From NCBI GenBank assembly GCA_034520945.1, contig JAXHNB010000006.1, positions 896,001 through 960,000 of the forward strand: DNA of 64,000 bases. The letters run 5' to 3'. The stretch's first letter is position 1; each line of letters opens with the position of its first letter. The position numbers and the translations under genes are program-made. The DNA comes from Trueperaceae bacterium. GTDB lineage: Bacteria; Deinococcota; Deinococci; Deinococcales; Trueperaceae. Below the pieces are notes generated by a model, which did no database searches, had not been told where the DNA came from, and saw only the letters and a program-made list of their open reading frames with translations. This document shows positions 11,042 through 23,388 of the stretch, in pieces.

Positions 11042-12319
11042 ATGGACCGCCCGGCTGCCGCCCCAGGACCCCTTTCTCAGACGACGCTCCGCGTGTTCAA
11101 GTTCGGCGGGACCAGCGTCGGCGACCTAGATCGGATCCGCAAGGTGGCGGGACGGATCGCTCGGCACGTGGCTCGCGGCGAGCGGATCGCCGTGACCGTT
11201 TCTGCGATGGGACGGACGACCGATCAGCTGGTCGGGATGGCGCGGAACCTGGTGGACCGGCCCGAGCGTCGCGAGTTGGACGCCCTGATGGCGACCGGCG
11301 AGCAGGTGTCCAGCGCCCTGTTGTGCCTGGCGCTGCAGGGCCTCGGGGTGAAGGCGCGCTCGTTCAGCGGCGCGCAGGCGGGGTTTCGAACCAGCGATCT
11401 CCACGGCGAGGCGCGCATTCTGGAACTGGATCCGGCGCGGCTGCAGGGCGCGCTGGCCCAGGTACCGGTGGTGGTGGTGGCGGGGTTCCAAGGCGTGAAC
11501 GCCGCCGGCGACGTGACCACGCTGGGCCGGGGCGGGTCGGACACTACCGCCGTGGCGCTCGCGGCGGCGCTCGGCACGCCCGAGTGCGAGATCTACACCG
11601 ACACCGACGGCATCTTCACCACCGATCCGCACCTGGTGCCGACCGCGACCTGCCTGGCCGAGATCGACTACGACGAGATGCTGGAGCTCGCCGTCCTCGG
11701 GGCGCGCGTCCTGCACCCGCGCAGCGTGTGGTACGCCCGCCGCTACGGCATCCGCATCCACGTTCGGAACGCCTTCGGCTTCGCGCCCGGCACCCTGGTG
11801 CGGACGCTTCCCCGTTCGGAGGAACGCATGATCACCGATCGACCCGTCACCGGCGTCGCCCTGGACCTGCACCACGCACGCATCGACCTTCTGGACGTGC
11901 CCGACGCGCCCGGCGTGGCCGCGCGCGTGTTCACGGCCTTGGGCCGTGCCAACGTGCCCGTGGACATGATCATCCAAGGTGTCCCCGGCGACGGGACCAG
12001 CCGACAGCAGATGGCGTTCACCGTGGCGGAGGACGCCGTGCCGGACGCCATGGAGGCCGTCGCGCCGGTTCTGGAGGAACTGGGCGGGCGCGCCGAAGCC
12101 AACCCCGACGTCGCCAAGCTGTCCATCGTGGGGGTCGCGGTCGGTTCCACGCCGGGCGTGGCCGGGACCATGTTCGACGCCATCGCCTCCGTGGGGGCCA
12201 ACATCGAGATGATCGCCACCAGTGAAGTGCGCGTCTCGGCGGTCCTTCCGGTGCGGCACGCGGAGGACGCCCTCAAGGCGGTCCATGCCGCGTTCGGTTT
12301 GGACGCGCCCGAGGGGTGA
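11042..12319 (+). CDS. lysC: Aspartate kinase (alpha subunit)
   Basis: KFGGTSV, TTLGRGGSDTTA, two C-terminal ACT domains. Confidence 0.95.
   Translation: MDRPAAAPGPLSQTTLRVFKFGGTSVGDLDRIRKVAGRIARHVARGERIAVTVSAMGRTTDQLVGMARNLVDRPERRELDALMATGEQVSSALLCLALQGLGVKARSFSGAQAGFRTSDLHGEARILELDPARLQGALAQVPVVVVAGFQGVNAAGDVTTLGRGGSDTTAVALAAALGTPECEIYTDTDGIFTTDPHLVPTATCLAEIDYDEMLELAVLGARVLHPRSVWYARRYGIRIHVRNAFGFAPGTLVRTLPRSEERMITDRPVTGVALDLHHARIDLLDVPDAPGVAARVFTALGRANVPVDMIIQGVPGDGTSRQQMAFTVAEDAVPDAMEAVAPVLEELGGRAEANPDVAKLSIVGVAVGSTPGVAGTMFDAIASVGANIEMIATSEVRVSAVLPVRHAEDALKAVHAAFGLDAPEG
11828..12319 (+). CDS. Aspartate kinase beta subunit from an in-frame internal start
   Basis: GGAGG at 11818-11822, then in-frame ATG 11828 just before the ACT domains (MITDRPVTGVA). 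Confidence 0.7.
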   Translation: MITDRPVTGVALDLHHARIDLLDVPDAPGVAARVFTALGRANVPVDMIIQGVPGDGTSRQQMAFTVAEDAVPDAMEAVAPVLEELGGRAEANPDVAKLSIVGVAVGSTPGVAGTMFDAIASVGANIEMIATSEVRVSAVLPVRHAEDALKAVHAAFGLDAPEG

Positions 12320-12359
12320 GTGCCCCGCGACACGGGCGGCGGGGGGCGACGAGGAGGCC

Positions 12360-12656
12360 ATGGACACCGAACGGCGGGTACAGCAGTTGTTCGTGCGCCG
12401 CAGGGGCGGCCGGATCGAACTGTCGTGGGTCCTGGAGGATCCCGCCGGGGCGCGGTTTCGCGAGACCTTTCCCACCATGGACACCGCCGCGGACGCCGCG
12501 GTGGGCACCGCCGCCCGCCACCTGGCGCGACGCGGCGACGTGGTGGGCGCCCCGAAGCTTCGGGTTCGCGTAGAGGGGAACGGCACGCTCACCGACGCCC
12601 CCGAGCTGGCGCGGGCGTTTCGGCGGGCCTGGCGCGCCGAACGGAACCGGACCTGA
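12360..12656 (+). CDS. Small hypothetical protein
   Basis: GAGGAGG RBS before ATG 12360; 98 aa; ends at a hairpin. Confidence 0.65.
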   Translation: MDTERRVQQLFVRRRGGRIELSWVLEDPAGARFRETFPTMDTAADAAVGTAARHLARRGDVVGAPKLRVRVEGNGTLTDAPELARAFRRAWRAERNRT

Positions 12657-12661
12657 CTCGG

Positions 12662-12690
12662 CCGGCGGCGCGGCCACGGCGCGCCGCCGG
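12662..12690. terminator. Hairpin between convergent genes
   Basis: CCGGCGGCGCG-N7-CGCGCCGCCGG. Confidence 0.55.
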
Positions 12691-12704
12691 GGCGTGTCGT
12701 CGCT

Positions 12705-13031
12705 TCAGGTGAGCTCGGCCAGCCGCTTCCGGTCGACCAGCCCGACCAGCCGTTGGGCCAAGGTCATGTCCCCCTTCACCACGATGCGGCCGGTCATGAA
12801 CGCCGTCATGGGGTTCAGCTCCCCGCGGAACAACGCGACCAGGTCGTCGTCCGCCATGCGAACCACCAGGTCGGGCGCCTGCGCCGGTCCTTCGTGGATG
12901 GTGAGCTCGCCCTCCTGGAGGACGTGATGCACCGGGGAGGACACGTCGTACTGGATGGTGGCGTCCACGCCCTCGGCCGCCGCCCGGTCCAGCACCTCCG
13001 GCATGCGGCGAAGCAACTCGTGTGCGGTCAT
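12705..13031 (-). CDS. SCP2 sterol/lipid-binding domain protein
   Basis: GELNPMTAFMTGRIVVKGDMTLA signature. Confidence 0.85.
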   Translation of the reverse strand: MTAHELLRRMPEVLDRAAAEGVDATIQYDVSSPVHHVLQEGELTIHEGPAQAPDLVVRMADDDLVALFRGELNPMTAFMTGRIVVKGDMTLAQRLVGLVDRKRLAELT

Positions 13032-13157
13032 GCCGGCACGATACCCGTCGCATTCGGCTCGGTCCCCGATCGGCGCACCAGGCGCGCCCGGACGTCGGCG
13101 GAACGCGGCGGGGCGCGGTGGTAGACTCCGCGCCATGCGCGCCCGTGGGGTCACGTC

Positions 13158-14321
13158 GTGAACTTCGAGCTGCCGGCCGAGCTCGAGGTGATGCGACGGC
13201 ACGTGCGCAAGTTCGCGCGCGAACGCATTGCACCCGTCGCGGCCGAACTGGACGAGACGCACGCCTTCCCTCGCGACACCCTTCGCGAGATGGGGGCGTT
13301 GGGGCTCCTCGGCGTGACGACCCCCGAACGGTACGGCGGTGCCGGGCTCGACGAGCTCGCCTACGTGGTCCTGTTGGAGGAGATCGCCGTCGCGGACGCA
13401 TCGCACGCCACCCTGATGGCGGTCACCAACGGGCTTCCCCAGAAGATGCTGTTGTCCTACGGCACCGATGATCAGCGGGACCGCTACCTCCCCGCGTTGG
13501 CGCGCGGCAGTTGGCTGGGGGCGTTCTGTCTGTCCGAGGCCGACGCAGGCTCCGATGCGGCCGCGATCCGGACCCGCGCCGTGCGTGATGGTGACGGCTA
13601 CCGGTTGCGCGGCAGCAAGGCGTGGGTGAGCGGGGGCGGCCACGCCGACCTGTACCTGGTGCTGGCCAAGACCGATCCCGACGCGGGCGCGCGCGGGATG
13701 AGCTGCTTCTTGCTGCCCGCTGGCACCGAGGGCGTCTCGTTCGGCGCGCCGGAGCGAAAGATGGGGCAGCATGCGGCGGTCACCTGCACCATGGCGCTGG
13801 ACGACGTGTACGTTCCGGACGCCGACCGGTTGGGGGACGAGGGGGACGGGTTCGTGCTGGCGATGAGCTCGTTGGACGGGGGCCGGATCGGCATCGCGGC
13901 GCAGTCGGTCGGCATCGCCCGGGCGGCGTTCGAGGCAGCGCGCGATCACGCCGACGTGCGACACGCCTTCGGCCGAAAAATCCGCGAGTACCAGGGGGTA
14001 TCGTTTCCGCTGGCGGACATGGCGACCCGCATCGAGGCGGCCCGCCTGCTGACGTGGCGCGCCGCGTGGCTCGCGGGCCGGGGGTTCCGCGTCACGCGCG
14101 AGGCGTCGATGGCCAAGCTGTACGCCTCGGAGGCGGCCGCGTTCGTGACCGACGCCGCCGTGCAGGTGCTCGGCGGGGCCGGGTACACCCGCGATCATCC
14201 GGTCGAACGCTACCTCCGCGACGCCCGCGTGACGCGCATCTACGAAGGGAGCAGCGAGATTCAGCGCATCGTGATCGCACGGCAGGTCTACCGGGACCTG
14301 GAGAGGTACGACGAGGCGTGA
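13158..14321 (+). CDS. Acyl-CoA dehydrogenase
   Basis: AFCLSEADAGSD, GRIGIAAQ, RIYEGSSEIQR. Confidence 0.93.
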   Translation: MNFELPAELEVMRRHVRKFARERIAPVAAELDETHAFPRDTLREMGALGLLGVTTPERYGGAGLDELAYVVLLEEIAVADASHATLMAVTNGLPQKMLLSYGTDDQRDRYLPALARGSWLGAFCLSEADAGSDAAAIRTRAVRDGDGYRLRGSKAWVSGGGHADLYLVLAKTDPDAGARGMSCFLLPAGTEGVSFGAPERKMGQHAAVTCTMALDDVYVPDADRLGDEGDGFVLAMSSLDGGRIGIAAQSVGIARAAFEAARDHADVRHAFGRKIREYQGVSFPLADMATRIEAARLLTWRAAWLAGRGFRVTREASMAKLYASEAAAFVTDAAVQVLGGAGYTRDHPVERYLRDARVTRIYEGSSEIQRIVIARQVYRDLERYDEA

Positions 14322-15475
14322 TCGACTTCCGCCCGACGTCCGAGCAGGAACAGATGCGGGCGTTGGCCCGACGCTTCGCGATCGATCACGTCGCGCCGGT
14401 CGCGGCGCAGCACGATCGCTTTGAGACCTACCCCGAGGCGGTGGTGGCGAAGGCTGCCGAGCTGGGGCTGCTCAACCTGCGGGTCCCCGCGGACTGCGGC
14501 GGGGTCGGCCTCGGGGTGTTGGACGAGGTGCTGGTCGGCGAGGAGATCGCCTGGGGCTGCATGGGCACGTACACGATCCTGATGGCCTCCGATCTCGGCG
14601 TCACGCCCGTGCTGCTGTTCGGCACCGAGGCGCAACGCCGGCGCTTCCTGGCGCCGCTGACCGATGGAACGCCGCGCCTGGCGGCCTTCGCCCTGTCCGA
14701 GCCGGACAACGGCAGCGACGCGGCCGCCATGCGGACGCGGGCCGTCGAGGACGGCGACGCGCTGGTGCTGCACGGCACCAAGATGTGGATCAGCAACGGG
14801 GCGCTGGCCGACTACACGGTGGTGTTCGCCAGCGCGCGTCCGGGTGGCGGCGCACCCGCCAGCCTGGCGGTGGTGGTGCCCCGAGACGCGGACGGCCTGT
14901 CCTGGCGCAAGATCGACGGCAAGCTCGGCCAGCGGGCCAGCCCCACCTACGAGATGGTCCTGGACGGCGTGCGCGTGCCGCGAGACAACCTGCTGGGCGA
15001 CGTCGGCGAGGGCATGCGCATCGCCCTGGCTACGCTGGACCAGACGCGCATCCCGGTCGCCGCGGGGGCGATCGGTGTCGCGCGGCGGGCGCGGGACGAG
15101 GCGGCGCGCTACGCCAATCAGCGCACCGCGTTCGGCAAGCCGATCGCGTCGTTCCAGGCGGTCGCGTTCAAGCTGGCCGAGATGGAGATCGGCCTCCGCA
15201 CCGCGCGCGCCATGACCTGGGAGGCCGCCTGGCGCGCCGACGCCGGTCTCTCCTGCGGGCACGAGGCCGCGATCGCCAAGGCGTACGCCAGCGACATGGC
15301 GTTCCGGTCCGCCAGCGAGGCGGTGAACGTGCTGGGCGGGTACGGGTACGTCGACGAGTTCCCCGTCGGCAAGCTGATGCGGGACGTCAAACTGAACCAG
15401 ATCTACGAAGGCACCAACGAAATCCAACGGCTGGTGATCTCGCGCAAGGTGACGCGGGACGCCGACCTGACGTAG
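14318..15475 (+). CDS. Acyl-CoA dehydrogenase (second paralog)
   Basis: GTG start overlapping the upstream [26 protein letters not shown]. Confidence 0.93.
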   Translation: MIDFRPTSEQEQMRALARRFAIDHVAPVAAQHDRFETYPEAVVAKAAELGLLNLRVPADCGGVGLGVLDEVLVGEEIAWGCMGTYTILMASDLGVTPVLLFGTEAQRRRFLAPLTDGTPRLAAFALSEPDNGSDAAAMRTRAVEDGDALVLHGTKMWISNGALADYTVVFASARPGGGAPASLAVVVPRDADGLSWRKIDGKLGQRASPTYEMVLDGVRVPRDNLLGDVGEGMRIALATLDQTRIPVAAGAIGVARRARDEAARYANQRTAFGKPIASFQAVAFKLAEMEIGLRTARAMTWEAAWRADAGLSCGHEAAIAKAYASDMAFRSASEAVNVLGGYGYVDEFPVGKLMRDVKLNQIYEGTNEIQRLVISRKVTRDADLT

Positions 15476-15487
15476 AGGGAGGCAGTG

Positions 15488-16228
15488 ATGAAGATCGTGA
15501 CCGTGATCCGGCAGGTGCCGGACGCCGAGGCGCGCGTCCGCGTCGAGGACGGCCAGGTGGCGCTCTCCGGCGCGGCCTGGGTGATCGACGGGATGGACGA
15601 GTACGGCGTCGAGCAGGCGCTGCGCATGCGCGACGACGGCCTGGACGCGGAGATCGTGGCCCTGGCGCTGGGACCGGAACGGACGGAGGAGGCGTTGCGG
15701 ACCGCATTGGCGATGGGGGCGGACCGGGCGCGCCTGTTGACCCATCAGGGGGACCTCGACCCGCTGAGCACGGCCGTGCGGCTGGCCGACGCGGTTCGCG
15801 ACGAAAACGCCGATCTGGTGTTGGTGGGCGGCCGCCAGGCGGACTGGGACAGCGCGGCGTTGGCGCCGGCGTTGGCCGAGGCGCTGGGGTGGCCGTTGTC
15901 GGACTGGACGACCGAGCTGCGCCTGGAGGGGAGCGACCTGCACACGGTGCACGACGCCGACGTGGGCACGGAGCGGTTGCGCGCCTCCTTGCCCGCGGTG
16001 GTGTCCACCCAACAGGGCCTGAACGAACCGCGCTACCCGACCCTGCCGAACATCATGAAGGCCAAGCGCAAGGAGCTCGCGCGGGAGCCGGCCGGGGAGA
16101 TCGCCGCACGGATGGCCGTGACGGGACGCACGGTGGAGCGCCGGGAGCGTGCTCGGCGGATGCTGGACGGCGACGCCGGCGAGGTCGCCGCCGAACTCGC
16201 GCGGGCGTTGCAGAAGGAGCTGGCATGA
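15488..16228 (+). CDS. etfB: Electron transfer flavoprotein beta subunit
   Basis: [28 protein letters not shown]. Confidence 0.93.
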   Translation: MKIVTVIRQVPDAEARVRVEDGQVALSGAAWVIDGMDEYGVEQALRMRDDGLDAEIVALALGPERTEEALRTALAMGADRARLLTHQGDLDPLSTAVRLADAVRDENADLVLVGGRQADWDSAALAPALAEALGWPLSDWTTELRLEGSDLHTVHDADVGTERLRASLPAVVSTQQGLNEPRYPTLPNIMKAKRKELAREPAGEIAARMAVTGRTVERRERARRMLDGDAGEVAAELARALQKELA

Positions 16229-17202
16229 ACGCAAACGGCGTGACGCCGCTCGTCGTGGTCGAGGTGACCGCCGGAACCCCGACCCGCGGTGCGCTGCAGG
16301 CGATCGCGGCGGCCCGCGCACTGACGGCCGCGGGGGGCGGCCAGCCGCAGGGTCTGGTGTTCGGCCGCGACGCCGCCGAGGCCGCGGCCGCCTACCTGCC
16401 GGTCGTGCACGCGGTCGACCTGGAGGTGGACAACCAAGAGGGCCGGGCGCGCGCATGGACGCACGCCCTCGAGGCCAGCGGCGCGTCGGTGCTGATCGCG
16501 TCCGCCAGCCGTACGGGCGCCGCGGTCGCGCCCCGCGTCGCCCTGCGCGCCGGCGGGGCGTTTCTGGAGGAAGCGACCTCGTTGGGTGTGGAGGACGGCA
16601 TGATCATCGCGACGCGATTGACGCAACTGCAGCGCGTCACCGAGTCGCTCCGGGCGGAGGCGCAGCCGGCGGTGGTCACGGTCGACCCGGGGGCCTTCGA
16701 GCCGGCCGAGCCCGCCGGCGTCCAGGGGGAGGTGCGGACGCTGCCGGTCGCGTTCGAGGCGTCGGATGCTCGCGTCGAGGTCGAGGGCGGCGACACGGCC
16801 GCCGTCGCGGCGATCCCGCTGGAGGAGGCCGACGTGGTGATCGCCGGTGGGCGCGGCCTGGGCGACGCGTCGTCGTTCACGTCGTTGCTGGAACCGTTGG
16901 CGTCGCGCCTGGGGGGCGCCATCGGCGCGACGCGGGCGGTGGTCGATGCCGGCTGGCGTCCCTATGGGGAGCAGATCGGGCAGACCGGCAAGACGGTCGC
17001 GCCCAGCCTGTACCTGGCGCTGGGCGTTTCCGGTGCGGTGCAGCACCTGTCCGGCATGAACCGCAGCCGCACCGTCATTGCGATCAACAAGGACGAGGAC
17101 GCCCCGATCTTCAAGCACTGCGACGTGGGGGCGGTCGGAGACGTGCACGAGATCGTCCCCGCCCTGCTGCGCGCCCTGGAGGACGACGCGAACGCGGGAT
17201 AG
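16225..17202 (+). CDS. etfA: Electron transfer flavoprotein alpha subunit
   Basis: [37 protein letters not shown] overlap with etfB. Confidence 0.93.
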   Translation: MNANGVTPLVVVEVTAGTPTRGALQAIAAARALTAAGGGQPQGLVFGRDAAEAAAAYLPVVHAVDLEVDNQEGRARAWTHALEASGASVLIASASRTGAAVAPRVALRAGGAFLEEATSLGVEDGMIIATRLTQLQRVTESLRAEAQPAVVTVDPGAFEPAEPAGVQGEVRTLPVAFEASDARVEVEGGDTAAVAAIPLEEADVVIAGGRGLGDASSFTSLLEPLASRLGGAIGATRAVVDAGWRPYGEQIGQTGKTVAPSLYLALGVSGAVQHLSGMNRSRTVIAINKDEDAPIFKHCDVGAVGDVHEIVPALLRALEDDANAG

Positions 17203-17205
17203 GGG

Positions 17206-17231
17206 GAGGCGCCGGGGTGCGCCGGCGCCTC
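17206..17231. terminator. Hairpin between convergent etfA and pgk
   Basis: GAGGCGCCGG-N6-CCGGCGCCTC. Confidence 0.55.
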
Positions 17232-18408
17232 AGCGGCGCAGGACCGCGATGCCGGGCAGGTCGGTTCCCTCCAAAAACTCGAGCGACGCGCCCCCGCCGG
17301 TGCTGACGTGATCGATCCGGTCGGACAGGCCCGTGGCGGCCAGGGCGGCGACCGAATCGCCGCCCCCGACGACGGTGAACGCATCGAGGTGGGCGACGTT
17401 CTTGGCCATGGCCCGCGTGGCGGCGTCGAAGGGGGGCACCTCGAACACGCCCAGCGGACCGTTCCAGAACACCGTGCGGGCACCCTGCAACGCCTCTCGC
17501 CAGCGCGCCACCGCGCTGGGGCCGGCGTCCAGACCCTTGAAGCCGTCGGGGATCGCGTCGGAGGGGAACACCTCCGCGCCGGCGTCCGCCGCGACCTCGC
17601 GCGCGCACACCGAATCGGACGGCAGGTGCAACGACACACCGGCGTCGCTCGCCTGCTGCATCAGCGCGGACGCCTGCTCCAGGCGGTCGCGTTCGACCAG
17701 CGAATCGCCCACGCGGCCGCCGCGCGCCGCGAAGAAGGTGTACGCCATGGCGCCCCCGACGAACAGCTCGTCCACGGTGGTGAGCAGGTTCTCGATCACG
17801 CCGATCTTGTCGCTGACCTTGGCGCCGCCGAGGATCACCTTGAACGGGCGTTCGGGGTCGGTGATCAAGCGGCCGAGCACGTCGATCTCGCGTTCCATCA
17901 GCCGCCCCACCGCGCCGGGCAGGTGCCGCGCGACCCCCTCGGTCGAGGCGTGCGCCCGGTGGGCCGCACCGAAGGCGTCGTTCACGTAGCACGCCGCGTA
18001 GCCGGCCAGCACCCGCGCCAACTCGGGGTCGTTCTTCGTTTCGCGTGGGTCGAAGCGGGTGTTCTCGAGCATGGTGACCGAGCCGCCCGGCGCGTCGGCG
18101 ATGAAGGCGCGCTGCTCGTCGCTGGCGGGACCGTCGCAGGCCAGGTAGCGCACCTCGTGGCCCAGAAGCTCCGTCAGTCGCTCGGCCACGGGCCCCATGC
18201 GAGCGTCGTCTTGGGGCCCTTTGGGGCGGCCCAGGTGGCTCATCAGGAACAGCGTGGCGCCGCCGTCCACCAGCTCGCGCAGGGTGGGCAGCGTGGCGCG
18301 GATGCGGGTGTCGTCCCCTACGACGCCGTCGTGTACGGGAACGTTGAAGTCGACGCGTACCAGGACCCGTCGTCCGTCGATGTCCAGGTCCTGAAGGGTG
18401 GGGATCAT
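17230..18408 (-). CDS. pgk: Phosphoglycerate kinase
   Basis: [34 protein letters not shown]. Confidence 0.97.
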   Translation of the reverse strand: MIPTLQDLDIDGRRVLVRVDFNVPVHDGVVGDDTRIRATLPTLRELVDGGATLFLMSHLGRPKGPQDDARMGPVAERLTELLGHEVRYLACDGPASDEQRAFIADAPGGSVTMLENTRFDPRETKNDPELARVLAGYAACYVNDAFGAAHRAHASTEGVARHLPGAVGRLMEREIDVLGRLITDPERPFKVILGGAKVSDKIGVIENLLTTVDELFVGGAMAYTFFAARGGRVGDSLVERDRLEQASALMQQASDAGVSLHLPSDSVCAREVAADAGAEVFPSDAIPDGFKGLDAGPSAVARWREALQGARTVFWNGPLGVFEVPPFDAATRAMAKNVAHLDAFTVVGGGDSVAALAATGLSDRIDHVSTGGGASLEFLEGTDLPGIAVLRR

Positions 18409-18523
18409 GGGCACCTCCCGGTGTGAAACGGCGCGTACCTGCACATGGCCGAAGCGGACCTGCGGAGGGCCGACCGGTGGGGTCGGCGTTTCCGCGTTGT
18501 CCCTCCGGGTGGGGCGGTCCGAC

Positions 18524-19564
<1,041 letters not shown>

Positions 19565-19701
19565 CTATCGCATGCTGCTCGGCGCGCCGTGGGACAAATG
19601 GGCCTGGGAACGTCGTTCGCACGCCCGCCGCCCATGGCGCGCACGATGATGGCCACCAGCGCCGAGTCGCGTGCTGGACGGAATCTCGGGCTTCGGGCGC
19701 G

Positions 19702-19731
19702 TTGACGACGCGCACGGAGACGGGCTAGGAT
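19702..19731 (+). promoter_or_regulatory. Candidate sigma70-type promoter for the ABC substrate-binding gene
   Basis: TTGACG-N18-TAGGAT about 80 bp before ATG 19809. Confidence 0.45.
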
Positions 19732-19808
19732 GCGCACACCCTAGCCAAATAGGGGAGCCATGGGTCGCGAACGTCGCGTACCCCCGTCTCGCAGATCGAG
19801 GAGGCCAC

Positions 19809-21071
19809 ATGAAAAAGTTGCTCGCCATTCCCTTCGCGTTCGCATTCCTGATGGGAACCGTCACGGCGCAGGACGCGCCCGACGTGGTTCCGATCGGCAC
19901 GCTCCTGAGCTTCACGGGGGCGCTGGCCGAGTTCGGGGCAGCGCACCAGAACGCCGCCGACATGGCCTTGACACAGATGAACGAAGCGGCGGAGTCGGTG
20001 TTCGGTGGCCCCATCGTCGAGCTCGTCCACGAGGATTCCGCCACCAGCCCGTCCACCGGCGTGGACCGTGCGCGCAAGCTGGTCGACATCGACGGCGTGC
20101 CCGGCATCATGGGCGCCCTCTCCAGCGGCGTCTCCACCAACGTGGCCGAAGCCGTCACCATCCCCACCGAGACCGTGCAGATCTCTCCTGCGTCGACCTC
20201 GCCGCTGATCAGCTTCCTCGAGGACGACGACTTCATCTTCCGCACCGTCGCCTCCGACGCGCTGCAGGGCATCGTCGCCGCACAGATCGCCCGGGGCGAG
20301 CTGGAGGGCACCGAGGCGTACGACACCGCCTCCACCATCTACGTCAACAACCCGTACGGCCAGGGGCTGTCCAACGCCTTCACCGAGGCGTTCGAGGCCC
20401 GCGGTGGCGAGGTCCTGGCCGAGGTGGCGCACCCCGAGGAGCCCCAGCCGACCTACTCCGGCATCCTGGAGTCGGCCCTGGACGGCGACCCGGACGTGCT
20501 GATCGTGGTCAGCTACCCGGGCCAGGCCACGGTGTACCTGCAGGAGGCACGCGACCTGTTCGACTTCACCAACTTCCAGTTCGTGGACGGCTCCAAGTCG
20601 CAGGACATCATCGAAGCGGTCGGGGCCGACGTGCTGGAAGGCTCCTGGGGCACGGCGCCCGGATCGGACCCCGAGCGGCCCGGCTTCCAGCGCTTCACGG
20701 CCGCCTACGAGGACATGTACGGCGAAACGCCGCCCCTGCCCTTCATGGACGCCGCCTACGACGCCACCTCCGTGCTCGGCCTGGCGGTCGCCCTGCTGCA
20801 CGTCGAGGGCACCGACGTGAACGGGCCCAACCTGCGTGACGCCGTGCGCCGCGTCGGCGACGGCGAAGGCGAAGTGGTCAGCGTCGGCGAGTTCGACGTC
20901 GCGTTCAGCCTGATGCAGAACGGCGTCGAGATCGACTACAGCGGCGCCGCCAGCAACGTCGACTTCGACGAGGCCGGCGACGTGATCACCCCGGTGGAGG
21001 TGTGGCGCTACATGGGTGGCGGCATCCCCACCATCGAAGTCCGCACCGCCGATCAGATCCCGGCCGAGTAA
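19809..21071 (+). CDS. Branched-chain amino acid (HAAT/Liv) ABC transporter substrate-binding protein
   Basis: Signal peptide MKKLLAIP; GALSSGV, ISPASTSP, FRTVASDALQG; GGAGG RBS. Confidence 0.9.
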   Translation: MKKLLAIPFAFAFLMGTVTAQDAPDVVPIGTLLSFTGALAEFGAAHQNAADMALTQMNEAAESVFGGPIVELVHEDSATSPSTGVDRARKLVDIDGVPGIMGALSSGVSTNVAEAVTIPTETVQISPASTSPLISFLEDDDFIFRTVASDALQGIVAAQIARGELEGTEAYDTASTIYVNNPYGQGLSNAFTEAFEARGGEVLAEVAHPEEPQPTYSGILESALDGDPDVLIVVSYPGQATVYLQEARDLFDFTNFQFVDGSKSQDIIEAVGADVLEGSWGTAPGSDPERPGFQRFTAAYEDMYGETPPLPFMDAAYDATSVLGLAVALLHVEGTDVNGPNLRDAVRRVGDGEGEVVSVGEFDVAFSLMQNGVEIDYSGAASNVDFDEAGDVITPVEVWRYMGGGIPTIEVRTADQIPAE

Positions 21072-21098
21072 CGCCTCGGCCCAGCACCGATCGAATGG

Positions 21099-21134
21099 GT
21101 GGGGCCCCGCATCGCGGGGCCCCACTCGTGTTTT
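21099..21134. terminator. Intrinsic terminator, possibly bidirectional
   Basis: GTGGGGCCCCGC-ATC-GCGGGGCCCCAC followed by TCGTGTTTT, between convergent genes. Confidence 0.75.
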
Positions 21135-21167
21135 CGGGCGCGTCCTTGGGTCGCGGGGTCGTTCCCT

Positions 21168-22340
21168 TCACTCCACGCGGCGTCGCTCCCCGATCATGCC
21201 CTGAGGGCGCAGGTGGAGGATCGCCAGCAGCAACACCGAGATGAACAGGAAGCGTAGGTAGGGGGCACGGCCGGGAAGCTCGGGCGAGATGAACTCCAGC
21301 GCCGGGCGCAGCGCGTCCACCAAGGAGGCGGTGCCGCTCCAGATCCCCCACACCACGAAGGCGCCCAGGATGGCGCCGCGGTTGTTGCCGCTGCCCCCCA
21401 GCATCAGCATCACCCAGATCAGGAACGTCGCGTACAACGGATCGAAGTGGCTGTAATCGATCGACGCCATGTAGTGCGCGTACAGGGCCCCGCCCACGCC
21501 CATCACGACGGCACCGACTACGAACGCCTGCACCTTGAAGCTGGCGGCGTCCTTGCCGTACATGCGCGCAGAGCTCTCCTCCTCACGCACGGCGCGCAGC
21601 ACGCGGCCCCACGGCGATTCGATCATCCGCTCCAGCAGCAGGTACACCACCGCCAGGACCAACGCCGCCACGGCAAGGTACACGTACGGGTAGTCGCGGG
21701 GTCCGAGGGCTACGAACGCGTCGTTCACCACGGACGGCAGCCAGGCGCAGCCGTCACCCGTCAGGCACGCCAGCGGCTGAGGGATGCCGCGCAGCGGTTG
21801 CGGACCGTTGGCCAACCACCGTTCGTTCTGGAAGAACAACCGCACCACCTCGGCGATCCCGATGGTGGCGATCGCCAGGTAGTCGTCACGAAGCTTCAGG
21901 GTCGGCCGGCCCACCAACCACGCCAACAATCCCGACGTCACGCCCGCGGCCACGACGCCGACCAAGAACGGGGCGCCCAACCCGAACGCCTGCTGGCTGA
22001 ACGCCGCCATGGGGCCGGTCGGCGGGACCGTGGTCACCAGGGCGGTCGTGAACGCCCCCATCGCGAAGAACGCCGCCACCCCGATGTTGAACAGGCCCGT
22101 GTACCCCCACTGCACGTTGAGGCCCAGGGTGAGCACGGCGTAGATCGATCCCATCAGCGTGAACGACACCAGGTAGGAGGTCAGTCCGCCCGGGCCCCAC
22201 GCGGTGATCGCCACACCGGCGGCCGCCCCGGCCGGCAGCGCCAGCAGCCTCCAGAGACCCCAGCCGCGCAGCAGCTGCGCCAGCAGCAGCGCCAAGGGCA
22301 CGCCCAGCAGCAGGCCCTTGACCCACGTCTCGGCGGTCAT
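21168..22340 (-). CDS. livM: HAAT ABC permease (LivM-like)
   Basis: LNVQWGYTGLFNIG, LRDDYLAIAT, LGGSGNNRGA. Confidence 0.88.
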   Translation of the reverse strand: MTAETWVKGLLLGVPLALLLAQLLRGWGLWRLLALPAGAAAGVAITAWGPGGLTSYLVSFTLMGSIYAVLTLGLNVQWGYTGLFNIGVAAFFAMGAFTTALVTTVPPTGPMAAFSQQAFGLGAPFLVGVVAAGVTSGLLAWLVGRPTLKLRDDYLAIATIGIAEVVRLFFQNERWLANGPQPLRGIPQPLACLTGDGCAWLPSVVNDAFVALGPRDYPYVYLAVAALVLAVVYLLLERMIESPWGRVLRAVREEESSARMYGKDAASFKVQAFVVGAVVMGVGGALYAHYMASIDYSHFDPLYATFLIWVMLMLGGSGNNRGAILGAFVVWGIWSGTASLVDALRPALEFISPELPGRAPYLRFLFISVLLLAILHLRPQGMIGERRRVE

Positions 22341-23386
22341 GCTCGCCTCCCAGGCACCCCGAACAACCCTTCGGGGCGAACCAGCAGCACCAGGATCATC
22401 AGCACGAAGGCGACGGCGGGACCGTAGGCCGGGTCGAGGAAGGCGGTGGATACCTGCCACACCACCCCGATGATCATCGCGCCGGCCAGCGCCCCGTAGG
22501 GATTGCCGATCGTGCCCAGAATGACGGACGCGAACAACGGCAGCAGCAACCACCACCCCATCTCGGGGCGCATCTGCGCGTCGAGCCCGTACATCGACCC
22601 GCCGATCGCGGCCAGGCTTCCGCCCAGCATCCAGGTGAACATCACCACGCGGTCGGTGTCGATGCCGGCGACGCGGGCCAACTCGGCGTTGTCGGCGGTG
22701 GCCCGCATCGCCTTGCCCATCTTGGTCTTGTCCAGCACGAGGTACACGCCCAGGATCAGCACCAGCGCCAGCCCGACGATGAACAGCTGATCGGGCCGGA
22801 CGCGAATGCCGGCGAACAGCTCGAACGCCGGGCGCGTACGGCCGGTGTAGAAGAACCGGAAGTCGGAGCCCCATGCCAGGTAGACCAGGCTGCGGATCCC
22901 GAACGCCAGCGCCAGAGACGCCATCGCCAGGTAGATGGGGGGATTGCCCCGTTCCCGCAACGGCCGGTAGACGAACCGGTCCAGCTGCGAGGTCAGCAGC
23001 CCGATGAGGGGCGCGATCAGCACCAGCGCCACCACGAACTCCAGCCCGAACGAGAACGGCCTCAGCGGCGCGGAGTGGGGGAAGACGGCCACCAGCGTCA
23101 GCGTCAGGTACGCCCCCAACGTCATCAGATCGCCGTGCGCGAAGTGCGGAAGGTTCAGGACGCCGAAGATCAGCGACAGCCCGATGGCGCCCAGGGCCAG
23201 GATGCCGCCCAGCATCAGGCCCCGCACCACCAGCGACGCGAAGCGCGTGGCGTCGACGCCCTGGACCGCCGCCAGGATCGCGGTGAGGAGCAGAATTCCG
23301 CCCAGGAGGGCGAGCAGGCTCGAGCGGCCGCGAAACCATGCTGCGATCCTGCGTTCACGCCCGGCGGCGAGTGTGGCGTTCTCCAT
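22337..23386 (-). CDS. livH: HAAT ABC permease (LivH-like)
   Basis: HFAHGD, GKAMRATADN, LLVRPEGLFG. Confidence 0.88.
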   Translation of the reverse strand: MENATLAAGRERRIAAWFRGRSSLLALLGGILLLTAILAAVQGVDATRFASLVVRGLMLGGILALGAIGLSLIFGVLNLPHFAHGDLMTLGAYLTLTLVAVFPHSAPLRPFSFGLEFVVALVLIAPLIGLLTSQLDRFVYRPLRERGNPPIYLAMASLALAFGIRSLVYLAWGSDFRFFYTGRTRPAFELFAGIRVRPDQLFIVGLALVLILGVYLVLDKTKMGKAMRATADNAELARVAGIDTDRVVMFTWMLGGSLAAIGGSMYGLDAQMRPEMGWWLLLPLFASVILGTIGNPYGALAGAMIIGVVWQVSTAFLDPAYGPAVAFVLMILVLLVRPEGLFGVPGRRA

Positions 23387-23388
23387 GC

